Positions 8,138 to 17,170 of a DNA stretch of 64,000 bases are shown in pieces. A program made the position numbers and the translations under genes. The notes under the pieces are model-generated. The model did not search any database. It was given only the letters and a program-made list of their open reading frames with translations, and was not told the origin of the DNA. Each line of letters starts with the position of its first letter. Position 1 is the stretch's first letter. Origin of the DNA: an uncultured Blautia sp. (GTDB lineage: Bacteria > Bacillota > Clostridia > Lachnospirales > Lachnospiraceae). The stretch lies in NCBI GenBank assembly GCA_958367245.1, contig CATXEA010000003.1, positions 20,331 through 84,330 of the forward strand. The letters run 5' to 3'.

Positions 8138-9595
8138 ATGAAATTAATATCTTTATTAGACCGTCTGGATTATACCTGCCTGCAGGGAAATACAGACAGG
8201 GATGTGACCACTGTTGTTTACGATTCAAGAAAAGTTGAAAAGGATTCCCTTTTTATCTGTATCAGAGGCGCTGTTGTTGATGGACATAAATTTATTCCGG
8301 ACGTACTGGAAAAAGGGGCGAAGACTCTGGTGGTGGAAGAGCCTGTGGAGGCTCCGGAGGATGTCACCGTCATTCTTGTAAAGGATACCCGTTATGCTAT
8401 GGCGTTTATTTCAGCAGCTTATTTCGGACATCCTGCAGAAGAACTGAAGGTCATCGGTATTACAGGTACCAAGGGAAAGACAACAACTACATATATGGTG
8501 AAATCCATTCTGGAGAATGCCGGATACAAGGTTGGACTTATCGGAACGATTGAAGCGATTATAGGCGATAAGGTGATTCCGGCTGCAAATACGACTCCGG
8601 AATCCTATGTTGTACAGGAATATTTCCGTGAAATGGCGGACGCGGGATGCGACTGTGTAGTTATGGAGGTTTCCTCTCAGGGACTGATGCTTCACAGAAC
8701 ACAGGGGTTCGTGTTTGATTTCGGTATTTTTACAAACATTGAGCCTGACCATATCGGACCGAATGAACACAGAGATTTCGACCATTATCTCAGATGCAAA
8801 TCCATGCTTTTGAAGCAGTGCAGGGTGGGAATTGTAAACAGAGACGACGAGCATTTCAAGCAGATAATCGAAGGGCATACCTGTGAACTGGAAACCTACG
8901 GTTTTTCGCCGGATGCAGATTTGCGTGCAGAGGACGCAAGACTGATAGGAGGAAAGGGATATCTGGGAATTTCCTATCATCTTCGCGGACTTCTTGATTT
9001 TCCGGTAGAAATTGATATTCCGGGTAAATTCAGTATTTACAACTCTTTGACAGCGATTGCAATTTGCCGTCATTTTAATGTTTCGGAGGAAAACATTATC
9101 AGAGCCTTGAAAGTGGCGAAGGTAAAGGGACGCATCGAGATGATTAAAGTATCGGACGACTTTACTCTGATGATTGATTATGCGCACAATGCTATGGCGC
9201 TGGAGAGCCTTCTTGGAACTTTAAGAGAATATAACCCGCACAGACTTGTATGCCTGTTTGGATGCGGAGGCAATCGTTCCAGACTGCGCCGCTATGAAAT
9301 GGGAGAGGTTTCCGGTCGTCTGGCAGACCTTACGATTATTACATCCGATAATCCCCGCAATGAAGAACCGCAGGCAATCATTGACGATATCAAGACCGGA
9401 ATTGCGAAGACAGACGGCAGGTATGTTGAGATTATAGACAGAAAAGAAGCCATTGCCTACGCAATCCATCACGGAGAGCCGGGAGATATTATCGTTCTTG
9501 CAGGAAAAGGACATGAGGATTATCAGGAGATCAAAGGGAAGAAGTACCCGATGGATGAGCGTGTGCTGATCGGGGAGATTCTTGCAGGGAAATAA
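8138..9595 (+). CDS. murE: UDP-N-acetylmuramoyl-L-alanyl-D-glutamate--2,6-diaminopimelate ligase
   Basis: 485 aa; Mur ligase P-loop GITGTKGKTTT; DNPR motif (meso-DAP-adding MurE); SD AGGAGG 7 nt upstream. Confidence 0.9.
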   Translation: MKLISLLDRLDYTCLQGNTDRDVTTVVYDSRKVEKDSLFICIRGAVVDGHKFIPDVLEKGAKTLVVEEPVEAPEDVTVILVKDTRYAMAFISAAYFGHPAEELKVIGITGTKGKTTTTYMVKSILENAGYKVGLIGTIEAIIGDKVIPAANTTPESYVVQEYFREMADAGCDCVVMEVSSQGLMLHRTQGFVFDFGIFTNIEPDHIGPNEHRDFDHYLRCKSMLLKQCRVGIVNRDDEHFKQIIEGHTCELETYGFSPDADLRAEDARLIGGKGYLGISYHLRGLLDFPVEIDIPGKFSIYNSLTAIAICRHFNVSEENIIRALKVAKVKGRIEMIKVSDDFTLMIDYAHNAMALESLLGTLREYNPHRLVCLFGCGGNRSRLRRYEMGEVSGRLADLTIITSDNPRNEEPQAIIDDIKTGIAKTDGRYVEIIDRKEAIAYAIHHGEPGDIIVLAGKGHEDYQEIKGKKYPMDERVLIGEILAGK

Positions 9596-9611
9596 AGAAA
9601 GAGCAGATTAC

Positions 9612-11831
9612 ATGATATATGCGGACATTATTATAGATATTTCCCATGAAAAACTGGACAGGAGTTTCCAGTACATAGTGCCGGAAGCGCTGGAAAAAGA
9701 AATACAGATGGGGATGGTAGTTTCCATCCCTTTCGGAAAAAGCAATAATATAAGGAAAGGATATGTCATCGGACTTTCGGGAGAAGCGAAATTCGAACCT
9801 GAAAAGATGAAGGAAATCTGCGGACTTTGCAGTAATGAGGAGACTACGGAATCAAGACTCATAGCTCTTGCATCGTGGATGAAAGAAAATTATGGCTCTA
9901 CCATGATTCAGGCTCTCAAGACTGTGCTTCCGATTCAGGAAAAGGTCAGGGCAAAAGAGAAACGGTATATCTGTCTGAACATATCCGAAGAAAGAGCGGA
10001 GGAAATCCTTGAAAAGCTGGAAAACAGCCGGTGTAAGGCAAGGGCAAGGCTTGTAAGGGCGCTTTTGGAAGAGAAACGTATAGACCATGCTCTGGCTGTG
10101 AAGGAATTAAATGCTACGGCTTCAGTGGTCAGAAAGCTCTCAGAAGAAGGAATTATACGTTTGGAGACGGATGAAATTCCGAGAATTCCCATAGACAGAG
10201 AGACTGCTGCAAAAACGGGAGAGTTTCCACTTACGTGTCAGCAGGAGCAGGCTGTGAAGGAAATCCTTGGAGAATGGGAAAACCATTCGCCCAGACCTGT
10301 GCTGATTGAAGGAGTGACAGGAAGCGGAAAGACTCAGGTTTACATGAAACTGATTGAGCATGTGGTGAAACAGGGGAAACAGGCAATTGTACTGATTCCG
10401 GAGATTGCGCTTACTTATCAGACGGTACAGAGATTTTGCGGCCGATTCGGAGATAAGGTTTCTGTCATTAATTCCAGACTTTCACAGGGAGAGCGCTACG
10501 ACCAGTTCAAGAGAGCGAGAAGAGGGGAAATCCAGATTATGGTAGGTCCCCGTTCGGCGCTGTTCACTCCTTTTAACAGGCTTGGACTTATCATTATTGA
10601 CGAGGAGCATGAAGCCAGCTATAAAAGTGAAAACAGTCCAAGGTATCATGCGCGGGAGACGGCAATCTACAGAGCATCTCTGGAAAATGCAAAGGTGGTG
10701 CTTGGCTCTGCGACACCTTCTCTGGAGGCGTTCAGCCGCGCCCAAAGCGGCGAGTATGCTCTTGTAAGACTTCAGAACAGATATGGGAACCGACCGCTTC
10801 CGCAGGTATCAATTGTGGATTTACGGGAAGAATTAAAAGCAGGAAACCGTTCTGTGTTAAGCAGGAAGCTGAAGAAGGCTCTGGAAGAACGCCTGAATAA
10901 AGGTGAGCAGGCAATGCTTTTTCTCAACAGAAGAGGGTATGCCGGATTTGTATCCTGCCGCGTTTGCGGTCATGTGATGAAATGTCCGCACTGTGACGTA
11001 TCTCTTTCCGAACACAGCCACGGACGGCTGATTTGCCATTACTGTGGTTATGAAGAACCCAAGCCGCAGAAATGCCCGGTGTGTGGTTCTCCTTATATCG
11101 GAGGATTCAAGGCAGGAACTCAGCAGATTGAGCAGGTACTGAAAAAAGAGTTTCCGAAGGCAGGGATTCTTCGGATGGATTACGATACTACGCGGAACAA
11201 AGGAAGTTATGAAAAGATTCTGGCTTCTTTTGCAGCCCATGAAGCGGACATTCTTATAGGAACGCAGATGATCGTCAAAGGACATGACTTTCCGGCTGTG
11301 ACACTGGTAGGGGTGATTGCTGCAGATATTTCTCTCAATGCAGAGGATTACCGCTGCGGAGAGCGTACCTTTCAGCTTCTTTGTCAGGCAGTGGGGCGTT
11401 CCGGAAGAGGAGACGGTCCTGGAGAGGCTGTGATTCAGACTTATCATCCGGAGCATTACAGCATACAGGCGGCAGCAGTTCAGGATTATCGGGCTTTTTA
11501 TGAGGAAGAAATGAGTTACCGGATGCTTCTGGATTATCCGCCGGCAGCTCATATGATGGCGGTTCTTGGTTCCTGTGCAGATGAGGAGCTGCTGGGACAG
11601 GCAATGCACTATCTGGAGCTTTATATCCGCAGGGTATATACAGGAGACGATCTTCACGTGATAGGACCCGCCTGCGCTGCAGTAGGGAAGATAAAAGATA
11701 TTTACAGACAGGTAATCTATTTAAAACATGAAGAATACAGAACTCTGGTTATCATAAAAAATAAACTGGAGAAATATATTGACATAAATTCCGGATTCCG
11801 GAAAATATACATACAATTTGACTTTAGCTGA
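9612..11831 (+). CDS. priA: Primosomal protein N' (replication restart helicase PriA)
   Basis: DEAH-type helicase motifs GVTGSGKT and IIDEEHE; Cys4 zinc-binding region CRVCG...CPHCD...CHYCG...CPVCG; start at 9612 (MIYADIIID) preferred over 9582 which overlaps murE. Confidence 0.85.
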   Translation: MIYADIIIDISHEKLDRSFQYIVPEALEKEIQMGMVVSIPFGKSNNIRKGYVIGLSGEAKFEPEKMKEICGLCSNEETTESRLIALASWMKENYGSTMIQALKTVLPIQEKVRAKEKRYICLNISEERAEEILEKLENSRCKARARLVRALLEEKRIDHALAVKELNATASVVRKLSEEGIIRLETDEIPRIPIDRETAAKTGEFPLTCQQEQAVKEILGEWENHSPRPVLIEGVTGSGKTQVYMKLIEHVVKQGKQAIVLIPEIALTYQTVQRFCGRFGDKVSVINSRLSQGERYDQFKRARRGEIQIMVGPRSALFTPFNRLGLIIIDEEHEASYKSENSPRYHARETAIYRASLENAKVVLGSATPSLEAFSRAQSGEYALVRLQNRYGNRPLPQVSIVDLREELKAGNRSVLSRKLKKALEERLNKGEQAMLFLNRRGYAGFVSCRVCGHVMKCPHCDVSLSEHSHGRLICHYCGYEEPKPQKCPVCGSPYIGGFKAGTQQIEQVLKKEFPKAGILRMDYDTTRNKGSYEKILASFAAHEADILIGTQMIVKGHDFPAVTLVGVIAADISLNAEDYRCGERTFQLLCQAVGRSGRGDGPGEAVIQTYHPEHYSIQAAAVQDYRAFYEEEMSYRMLLDYPPAAHMMAVLGSCADEELLGQAMHYLELYIRRVYTGDDLHVIGPACAAVGKIKDIYRQVIYLKHEEYRTLVIIKNKLEKYIDINSGFRKIYIQFDFS

Positions 11832-11872
11832 TATATAAAAAGCAGAAGGTCAGAAAGAAAAGGAGAAGAAAA

Positions 11873-12349
11873 ATGGCACTTAGAAAAATCAGAACAGAAG
11901 GCGATCCCGTATTAAATAAGGTCAGCAGACCTGTAGATGAGATGACACAGAGAAACCGTGAGCTTATCGTTGATATGCTTGACACCATGTATGATGCAAT
12001 GGGAGTCGGACTTGCGGCAGTACAGGTGGGAATCCTGAAACGTATTGTGACAATCGACGTAGGAGACGGTCCGATCGTGCTGATCAATCCTGTTATTCTG
12101 GAAACAGCAGGAGAGCAGACAGGAGATGAGGGATGTTTAAGCGTACCGGGAATGGCAGGACAGGTAACACGCCCGAATTATGTGAAAGTAAAAGCTCTTG
12201 ATATTAATATGGAAGAAGTAGAATACGAGGGAGAGGGACTTCTTGCCCGCGCCTTCTGTCACGAAATTGACCATCTGGACGGACATATTTATACAGAGCT
12301 TGTGGAAGGCGAGCTGCATCATGTAACTTATGAAGATGACGAGGAATAA
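11873..12349 (+). CDS. def: Peptide deformylase
   Basis: 158 aa; motifs GLAAVQVG, EGCLSVPG, HEIDHLDG. Confidence 0.9.
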   Translation: MALRKIRTEGDPVLNKVSRPVDEMTQRNRELIVDMLDTMYDAMGVGLAAVQVGILKRIVTIDVGDGPIVLINPVILETAGEQTGDEGCLSVPGMAGQVTRPNYVKVKALDINMEEVEYEGEGLLARAFCHEIDHLDGHIYTELVEGELHHVTYEDDEE

Positions 12350-12355
12350 GAAGAT

Positions 12356-13321
12356 ATGAAGATTGTATTTATGGGAACACCTGACTTTGCAGTACCGCCT
12401 CTGAAGGCGCTTGCAGAAGCCGGTTATGAAGTGGCTGCAGTTGTGACTCAGCCGGATAAACCCAAGGGAAGAGGCAAGGTTTTAATGCCGACTCCCGTAA
12501 AGGAAGAAGCGATGAAGCACGGATTTACAGTTGTACAGCCTGCAAAGGTGAGAAACAATCCGGAATTTATGGAGTTTCTGACGGAAACGAATCCGGACAT
12601 CATCGTAGTAGCTGCCTTTGGTCAGATCATACCAAAAGAAATCCTTGAACTGCCGAAATTCGGATGTATCAATATCCATGCATCCCTGCTTCCGAAATAC
12701 AGAGGGGCAGCGCCAATCCAGCAGGCAGTCATTGACGGAGAAAAAGAATCCGGTGTTACCATTCAGAGAATGGGAGAGGGAATAGATACGGGAGACATGA
12801 TTTCCAAAGTCACAGTTCCTCTGGACAAAGAAGAAACAGGCGGAAGCCTCTTTGATAAACTGGCAGAAGAGGGAGCGAAGCTTCTGATAGAAACTCTGCC
12901 GTCCATTGAAAACGGAACTGCTGCCTATGAGAAGCAGCCGGAAGAAAGCCCGACTCCTTACGCGGCGATGATTACCAAGCAGATGGGACTTATGGATTTC
13001 TCAAAAAGCGCCGTGGAGCTGGAACGTCTTGTTCGTGGTATGAATCCGTGGCCAAGCGCATATACTTATCTTAACGGAAAAACTCTGAAAGTATGGAAAA
13101 GCGAAGTAGTGCAGATCATCGGAGGTACAGATGAAAAAATCGCTGTGGAACCCGGAACAGTGCTGAAGGCAGATAAATCGGGTATTCATGTAGCCTGCGG
13201 CAGAGACATTCTGGTACTGACAGAGGTACAGCTTGAAGGCAAAAAGCGTATGGAAACAGATGCGTTCCTGCGCGGTTACAAAATTGACGAGGGAACTCTC
13301 TTAAAGAATTGTAAGGAGTGA
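12356..13321 (+). CDS. fmt: Methionyl-tRNA formyltransferase
   Basis: 321 aa; N-terminal MKIVFMGTPDFAVPPL and formyl-transferase core; adjacent to def. Confidence 0.9.
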   Translation: MKIVFMGTPDFAVPPLKALAEAGYEVAAVVTQPDKPKGRGKVLMPTPVKEEAMKHGFTVVQPAKVRNNPEFMEFLTETNPDIIVVAAFGQIIPKEILELPKFGCINIHASLLPKYRGAAPIQQAVIDGEKESGVTIQRMGEGIDTGDMISKVTVPLDKEETGGSLFDKLAEEGAKLLIETLPSIENGTAAYEKQPEESPTPYAAMITKQMGLMDFSKSAVELERLVRGMNPWPSAYTYLNGKTLKVWKSEVVQIIGGTDEKIAVEPGTVLKADKSGIHVACGRDILVLTEVQLEGKKRMETDAFLRGYKIDEGTLLKNCKE

Positions 13322-13325
13322 TTGT

Positions 13326-14030
13326 ATGTACGGATACGGATATTACGGTTTTGACCCGACTTATTTTCTGCTTATAATAGGAATGCTGATTTCGCTTGCG
13401 GCGTCAGCAAAGCTTAAAAGTACCTTTTCCGTATATAAAAAAGTACGCAGCGCTTCAGGATATACGGGAGCAGAGGCTGCACAGAGGATTCTTCGTGCAG
13501 CGGGAATCACAGATGTGGAGATTGTGCCGATTTCCGGAAGTCTTACAGATCACTATGACCCAAGGTCAAAGAGAGTGTGTCTTTCGGAGGACAGCTACAA
13601 CAAGACATCGCTGGCGGCTGTGGGAGTGGCAGCTCATGAGTGCGGACATGCGATTCAGCATGCCATCAATTATGCCCCTCTTTCTTTCCGTACAGCGATT
13701 GTTCCGCTGGCAAATATCGGCTCTACACTTTCCTGGCCGTTGTTTCTGGCAGGACTGATTTTTTCAATCCGTCCTCTTCTCACAGTGGGAATCGTTCTGT
13801 TTTCTCTGGCAGTTCTGTTCCAGCTTGTCACCCTTCCGGTGGAGTTTAACGCTTCCTCAAGGGCGCTGAGAATGCTGGGTTCAACAGGCATCTTAGGAGA
13901 CGGAGAAGTAAAAGGGGCAAAAAAGGTGCTTTTCGCTGCAGCCATGACTTATGTGGCGGCGCTGGCATCATCTGTACTGCAGCTTGTAAGACTAATCATA
14001 CTTGCCGGAGGAAGAAAAGACAGTGACTAA
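13326..14030 (+). CDS. Membrane-associated putative neutral zinc metallopeptidase (HExxH)
   Basis: 234 aa; HECGHAIQH motif, N-terminal and C-terminal TM segments; conserved position between fmt and rsmB in Clostridia. Confidence 0.7.
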   Translation: MYGYGYYGFDPTYFLLIIGMLISLAASAKLKSTFSVYKKVRSASGYTGAEAAQRILRAAGITDVEIVPISGSLTDHYDPRSKRVCLSEDSYNKTSLAAVGVAAHECGHAIQHAINYAPLSFRTAIVPLANIGSTLSWPLFLAGLIFSIRPLLTVGIVLFSLAVLFQLVTLPVEFNASSRALRMLGSTGILGDGEVKGAKKVLFAAAMTYVAALASSVLQLVRLIILAGGRKDSD

Positions 14031-15378
14031 TGGAATAAATACCAGAGAGATGATTCTGGAAATTTTGCTTGAAATCGAAGAGGAAGGGAAGCACAGCCAT
14101 ATTGCGATTCGCAATGCCCTTTCCAAATATCAGTTCCTTCCCAAACAGGAACGGGCTTTTATCACCCGTGTGTGCGAGGGAACATTAGAATACAGAATTT
14201 TTATTGATTATATTATAGATTCGTTTTCCAAGATTACAGTAGATAAAATGAAGCCTGTAATCCGGGAAATCCTGCGAAGCGCAGTTTACCAGATCAAGTT
14301 TATGGACAGTGTTCCGGACAGCGCTGTGTGCAATGAAGCAGTGAAGCTTGCCCAGAGGAAAGGTTTTTATAATCTGAAGCCTTTCGTAAACGGGGTTCTG
14401 CGTACGATTGCAAGAGAAGCAGATACACTGGAGCTTCCGAAAAAAGAGGATGGACTGGTTCGATATCTGTCTGTGAAATATTCTATGCCGGAAATCCTGG
14501 TGAATCGCTGGCTGCAGGACTACGGAGAAGAAAAAACAGAGCTGATTCTGGCAGACTTCCTGAAAGAAAAGCCGATTACCGTGCGCTGCAGGACTTACCT
14601 GAGTTCACAGGAAGAGATTTATAAAAGCCTGACAGAACAGGGAGTAGAGGTAAAACCGGCTCCATATCTGCCTTATGCGTATGAAATTTCAGATTTTAAC
14701 CATATCCTTACTCTTGATGCCTTTATCAATGGCAAAATTCTTGTACAGGATGTAAGTTCCATGCTGGTGGCAGAAGCTGCAGCTCCGCAGAAGGGGGATT
14801 ATGTTATTGACCTCTGCGCTGCGCCGGGAGGCAAGAGTCTTCATGTGGGAGATAAAATGGAAGGCTATGGAACAGTAGATGCAAGGGATGTAAGCGACTA
14901 TAAAGTAGGACTCATCGAAGAAAATATTCGCAGGACAGGTTCTATTAATGTACAGGCGAAAGTACAGGATGCGACGATATTTGATGTAGAATCCGAATGT
15001 AAGGCGGATATCGTGATTGCAGACGTACCGTGTTCCGGATATGGAGTGATTGGTAAGAAACCCGAGATTAAATACAGGGTGACGCCTCAGAAGCAGGAGG
15101 ATATTGTAATCCTTCAGAGGAATATTCTGGATAAGGCGGCAGAGTATGTGAAATCAAGGGGAGTTCTCGTATTCAGTACCTGTACCATTGCAAAAGAAGA
15201 AAATGAAGAAAACATGATGTGGTTTTTGAACAATCATCCGGCGTTCAGACTGGAAAGTCTGGATCCATATCTTCCGGAGGAGCTTCACTGTGAGACGACT
15301 GCGCTGGGATATCTGCAGCTTCTTCCGGGAGTACATAAAACAGATGGTTTCTTCATTGCAAGATTTAGGAGAAAATAA
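14023..15378 (+). CDS. rsmB: 16S rRNA (cytosine967-C5)-methyltransferase RsmB/Sun with NusB-like N-domain
   Basis: SAM-MTase motifs DLCAAPGGKS, DVPCSG; ORF track starts at TTG 14002 but GTG 14023 has SD GGAGGAAG 8 nt upstream; ATG 14050 also possible. Confidence 0.8.
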   Translation: MTNGINTREMILEILLEIEEEGKHSHIAIRNALSKYQFLPKQERAFITRVCEGTLEYRIFIDYIIDSFSKITVDKMKPVIREILRSAVYQIKFMDSVPDSAVCNEAVKLAQRKGFYNLKPFVNGVLRTIAREADTLELPKKEDGLVRYLSVKYSMPEILVNRWLQDYGEEKTELILADFLKEKPITVRCRTYLSSQEEIYKSLTEQGVEVKPAPYLPYAYEISDFNHILTLDAFINGKILVQDVSSMLVAEAAAPQKGDYVIDLCAAPGGKSLHVGDKMEGYGTVDARDVSDYKVGLIEENIRRTGSINVQAKVQDATIFDVESECKADIVIADVPCSGYGVIGKKPEIKYRVTPQKQEDIVILQRNILDKAAEYVKSRGVLVFSTCTIAKEENEENMMWFLNNHPAFRLESLDPYLPEELHCETTALGYLQLLPGVHKTDGFFIARFRRK

Positions 15379-15381
15379 AAA

Positions 15382-16422
15382 ATGACAGACATTAAGTCTA
15401 TGAATATGGAAGAACTCAAAGCGCTGATGACTGAATTGGGAGATAAGCCCTTCCGTGCAAAGCAGATTTATAGCTGGCTTCATGAGCGGCTGGTTACTTC
15501 CTATGACGAAATGACCAATATACCCAAAAGCCTGAAAGAAAAACTGAAGGATTATCCGATTACAGCGCTGGAAATGGTAGATGTGCAGATTTCCAAAATT
15601 GACGGTACAAGGAAATATCTTTTTCGTTTAAGCGACGGAAACGTGATAGAGAGTGTACTGATGCGCTATAAACATGGAAATTCCGTATGTATTTCCTCTC
15701 AGGTGGGATGCAGAATGGGCTGCCGTTTCTGCGCTTCTACGATTGGAGGTCTTACAAGAGGTCTTCAGGCGTCGGAAATGCTGGATCAGATTTACAGAAT
15801 TCAGGTTTTAAGCGGAGAGAGAGTTTCCAATGTGGTTGTGATGGGAACAGGAGAACCGCTGGATAATTATGAGAATCTTCTGCGGTTTATACATATCCTT
15901 ACAGAAGAAGGCGGGCTTCACATCAGCCAGAGAAACCTGACGGTATCTACCTGCGGTCTTGTTCCGAAGATGTATGAGCTGGCGAAAGAGAAGTTTCAGA
16001 TGACTCTGGCGCTTTCTCTTCATGCTCCAAACGACGAAAAGCGTCAGGAGCTTATGCCGATCGCCAGAAAATATACAATGGATGAAGTGCTGGATGCATG
16101 CAGGAATTATTTTGAGGAGACCGGACGCAGGATTACCTTTGAGTACAGCCTTGTGGCAGGCGTCAATGACAGCGATCAGGACGCAAGGGAGCTTTCAGGA
16201 AAGATTGGAGATATCAACTGTCATGTTAATCTGATTCCTGTAAATCCTATCAAGGAGCGGTCATTTCAGCGTTCTACCCGTCAGGCGGTGGAGAATTTTA
16301 AAATTAAACTTGAAAAATGCGGAATAAATGTTACTATTAGAAGGGAAATGGGCAGCGATATTGACGGTGCCTGTGGACAGTTAAGAAAAAGCTATATGGA
16401 AAAAACAGAAAGCGAGAAGTGA
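15382..16422 (+). CDS. rlmN: 23S rRNA/tRNA (adenine-C2)-methyltransferase RlmN, radical SAM
   Basis: 346 aa; CRMGCRFCAS CxxxCxxC cluster; conserved position in operon. Confidence 0.9.
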   Translation: MTDIKSMNMEELKALMTELGDKPFRAKQIYSWLHERLVTSYDEMTNIPKSLKEKLKDYPITALEMVDVQISKIDGTRKYLFRLSDGNVIESVLMRYKHGNSVCISSQVGCRMGCRFCASTIGGLTRGLQASEMLDQIYRIQVLSGERVSNVVVMGTGEPLDNYENLLRFIHILTEEGGLHISQRNLTVSTCGLVPKMYELAKEKFQMTLALSLHAPNDEKRQELMPIARKYTMDEVLDACRNYFEETGRRITFEYSLVAGVNDSDQDARELSGKIGDINCHVNLIPVNPIKERSFQRSTRQAVENFKIKLEKCGINVTIRREMGSDIDGACGQLRKSYMEKTESEK

Positions 16423-16423
16423 C

Positions 16424-17170
16424 ATGAGGGTATATTCAGCTACTGATGTGGGGCAACTAAGGACAACGAATCAGGATTATGTGTTTGCCTCCCCGAACCC
16501 GGTTGGAAATCTTCCAAATCTGTTTGTCGTTGCAGACGGTATGGGCGGGCATAATGCAGGCGACTACGCTTCCTCCCATGCTGTACAGACTATGGTAGAT
16601 GAAATCAGGCAGGATGCAGATTACAATCCTGTAAAGGTAATCCGTCATGCCATTGAAAGTGCAAATACGGAAATTATCAATCAGGCGGAGAACGACGAAA
16701 AACGGAAAGGCATGGGAACGACCATGGTAGTAGCTACTATCGTGGGAAATTATGCTTATGTGGCTAATGTGGGAGACAGCCGTCTTTATATGATCAACGA
16801 GAAGATTCAGCAGATAACAAAAGACCACTCATGGGTGCAGGAACTGGTGAGAAGAGGCGAGATTAATGCAGAGGAAGCAAGAAACCGCCGGGATAAGAAT
16901 GTGATCACCAGAGCGCTGGGTGCGGAAAAAACAGTTGATATCGATTTCTTTGATCTGAGACTGGACCCCGGATGTACAATACTGATGTGCTCAGACGGAC
17001 TCAGCAACATGGTAGAGGACAGCCGGATCGAAGAAATTATATTGGAACCGGATAAAAGTCCTGAGGAAAAGGGGCAGGCTCTTATCGAAGAGGCAAACCG
17101 TAACGGCGGAAAGGACAATATTGCAATAGTATTGGTAGAACCATTCACAAATGAGGTGGAGAAATGTTAA
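16424..17170 (+). CDS. prpC: PP2C-family Ser/Thr protein phosphatase (Stp/PrpC)
   Basis: 248 aa; VADGMGGH and DGLSN motifs; 7-bp overlap with kinase gene. Confidence 0.85.
   Translation: MRVYSATDVGQLRTTNQDYVFASPNPVGNLPNLFVVADGMGGHNAGDYASSHAVQTMVDEIRQDADYNPVKVIRHAIESANTEIINQAENDEKRKGMGTTMVVATIVGNYAYVANVGDSRLYMINEKIQQITKDHSWVQELVRRGEINAEEARNRRDKNVITRALGAEKTVDIDFFDLRLDPGCTILMCSDGLSNMVEDSRIEEIILEPDKSPEEKGQALIEEANRNGGKDNIAIVLVEPFTNEVEKC

Noticed and set aside
14002-14022. TTG start at 14002 for rsmB; TTG/GTG starts elsewhere in the ORF track (e.g. 24305 for mraZ, 50459 for YesL, 46250 for the cytidylate kinase-like gene, 6114 for the surface protein, 41523 for the liv SBP)
   Set aside because: These sit inside or immediately after the Shine-Dalgarno sequences. 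The downstream ATG/GTG with proper SD spacing was preferred.
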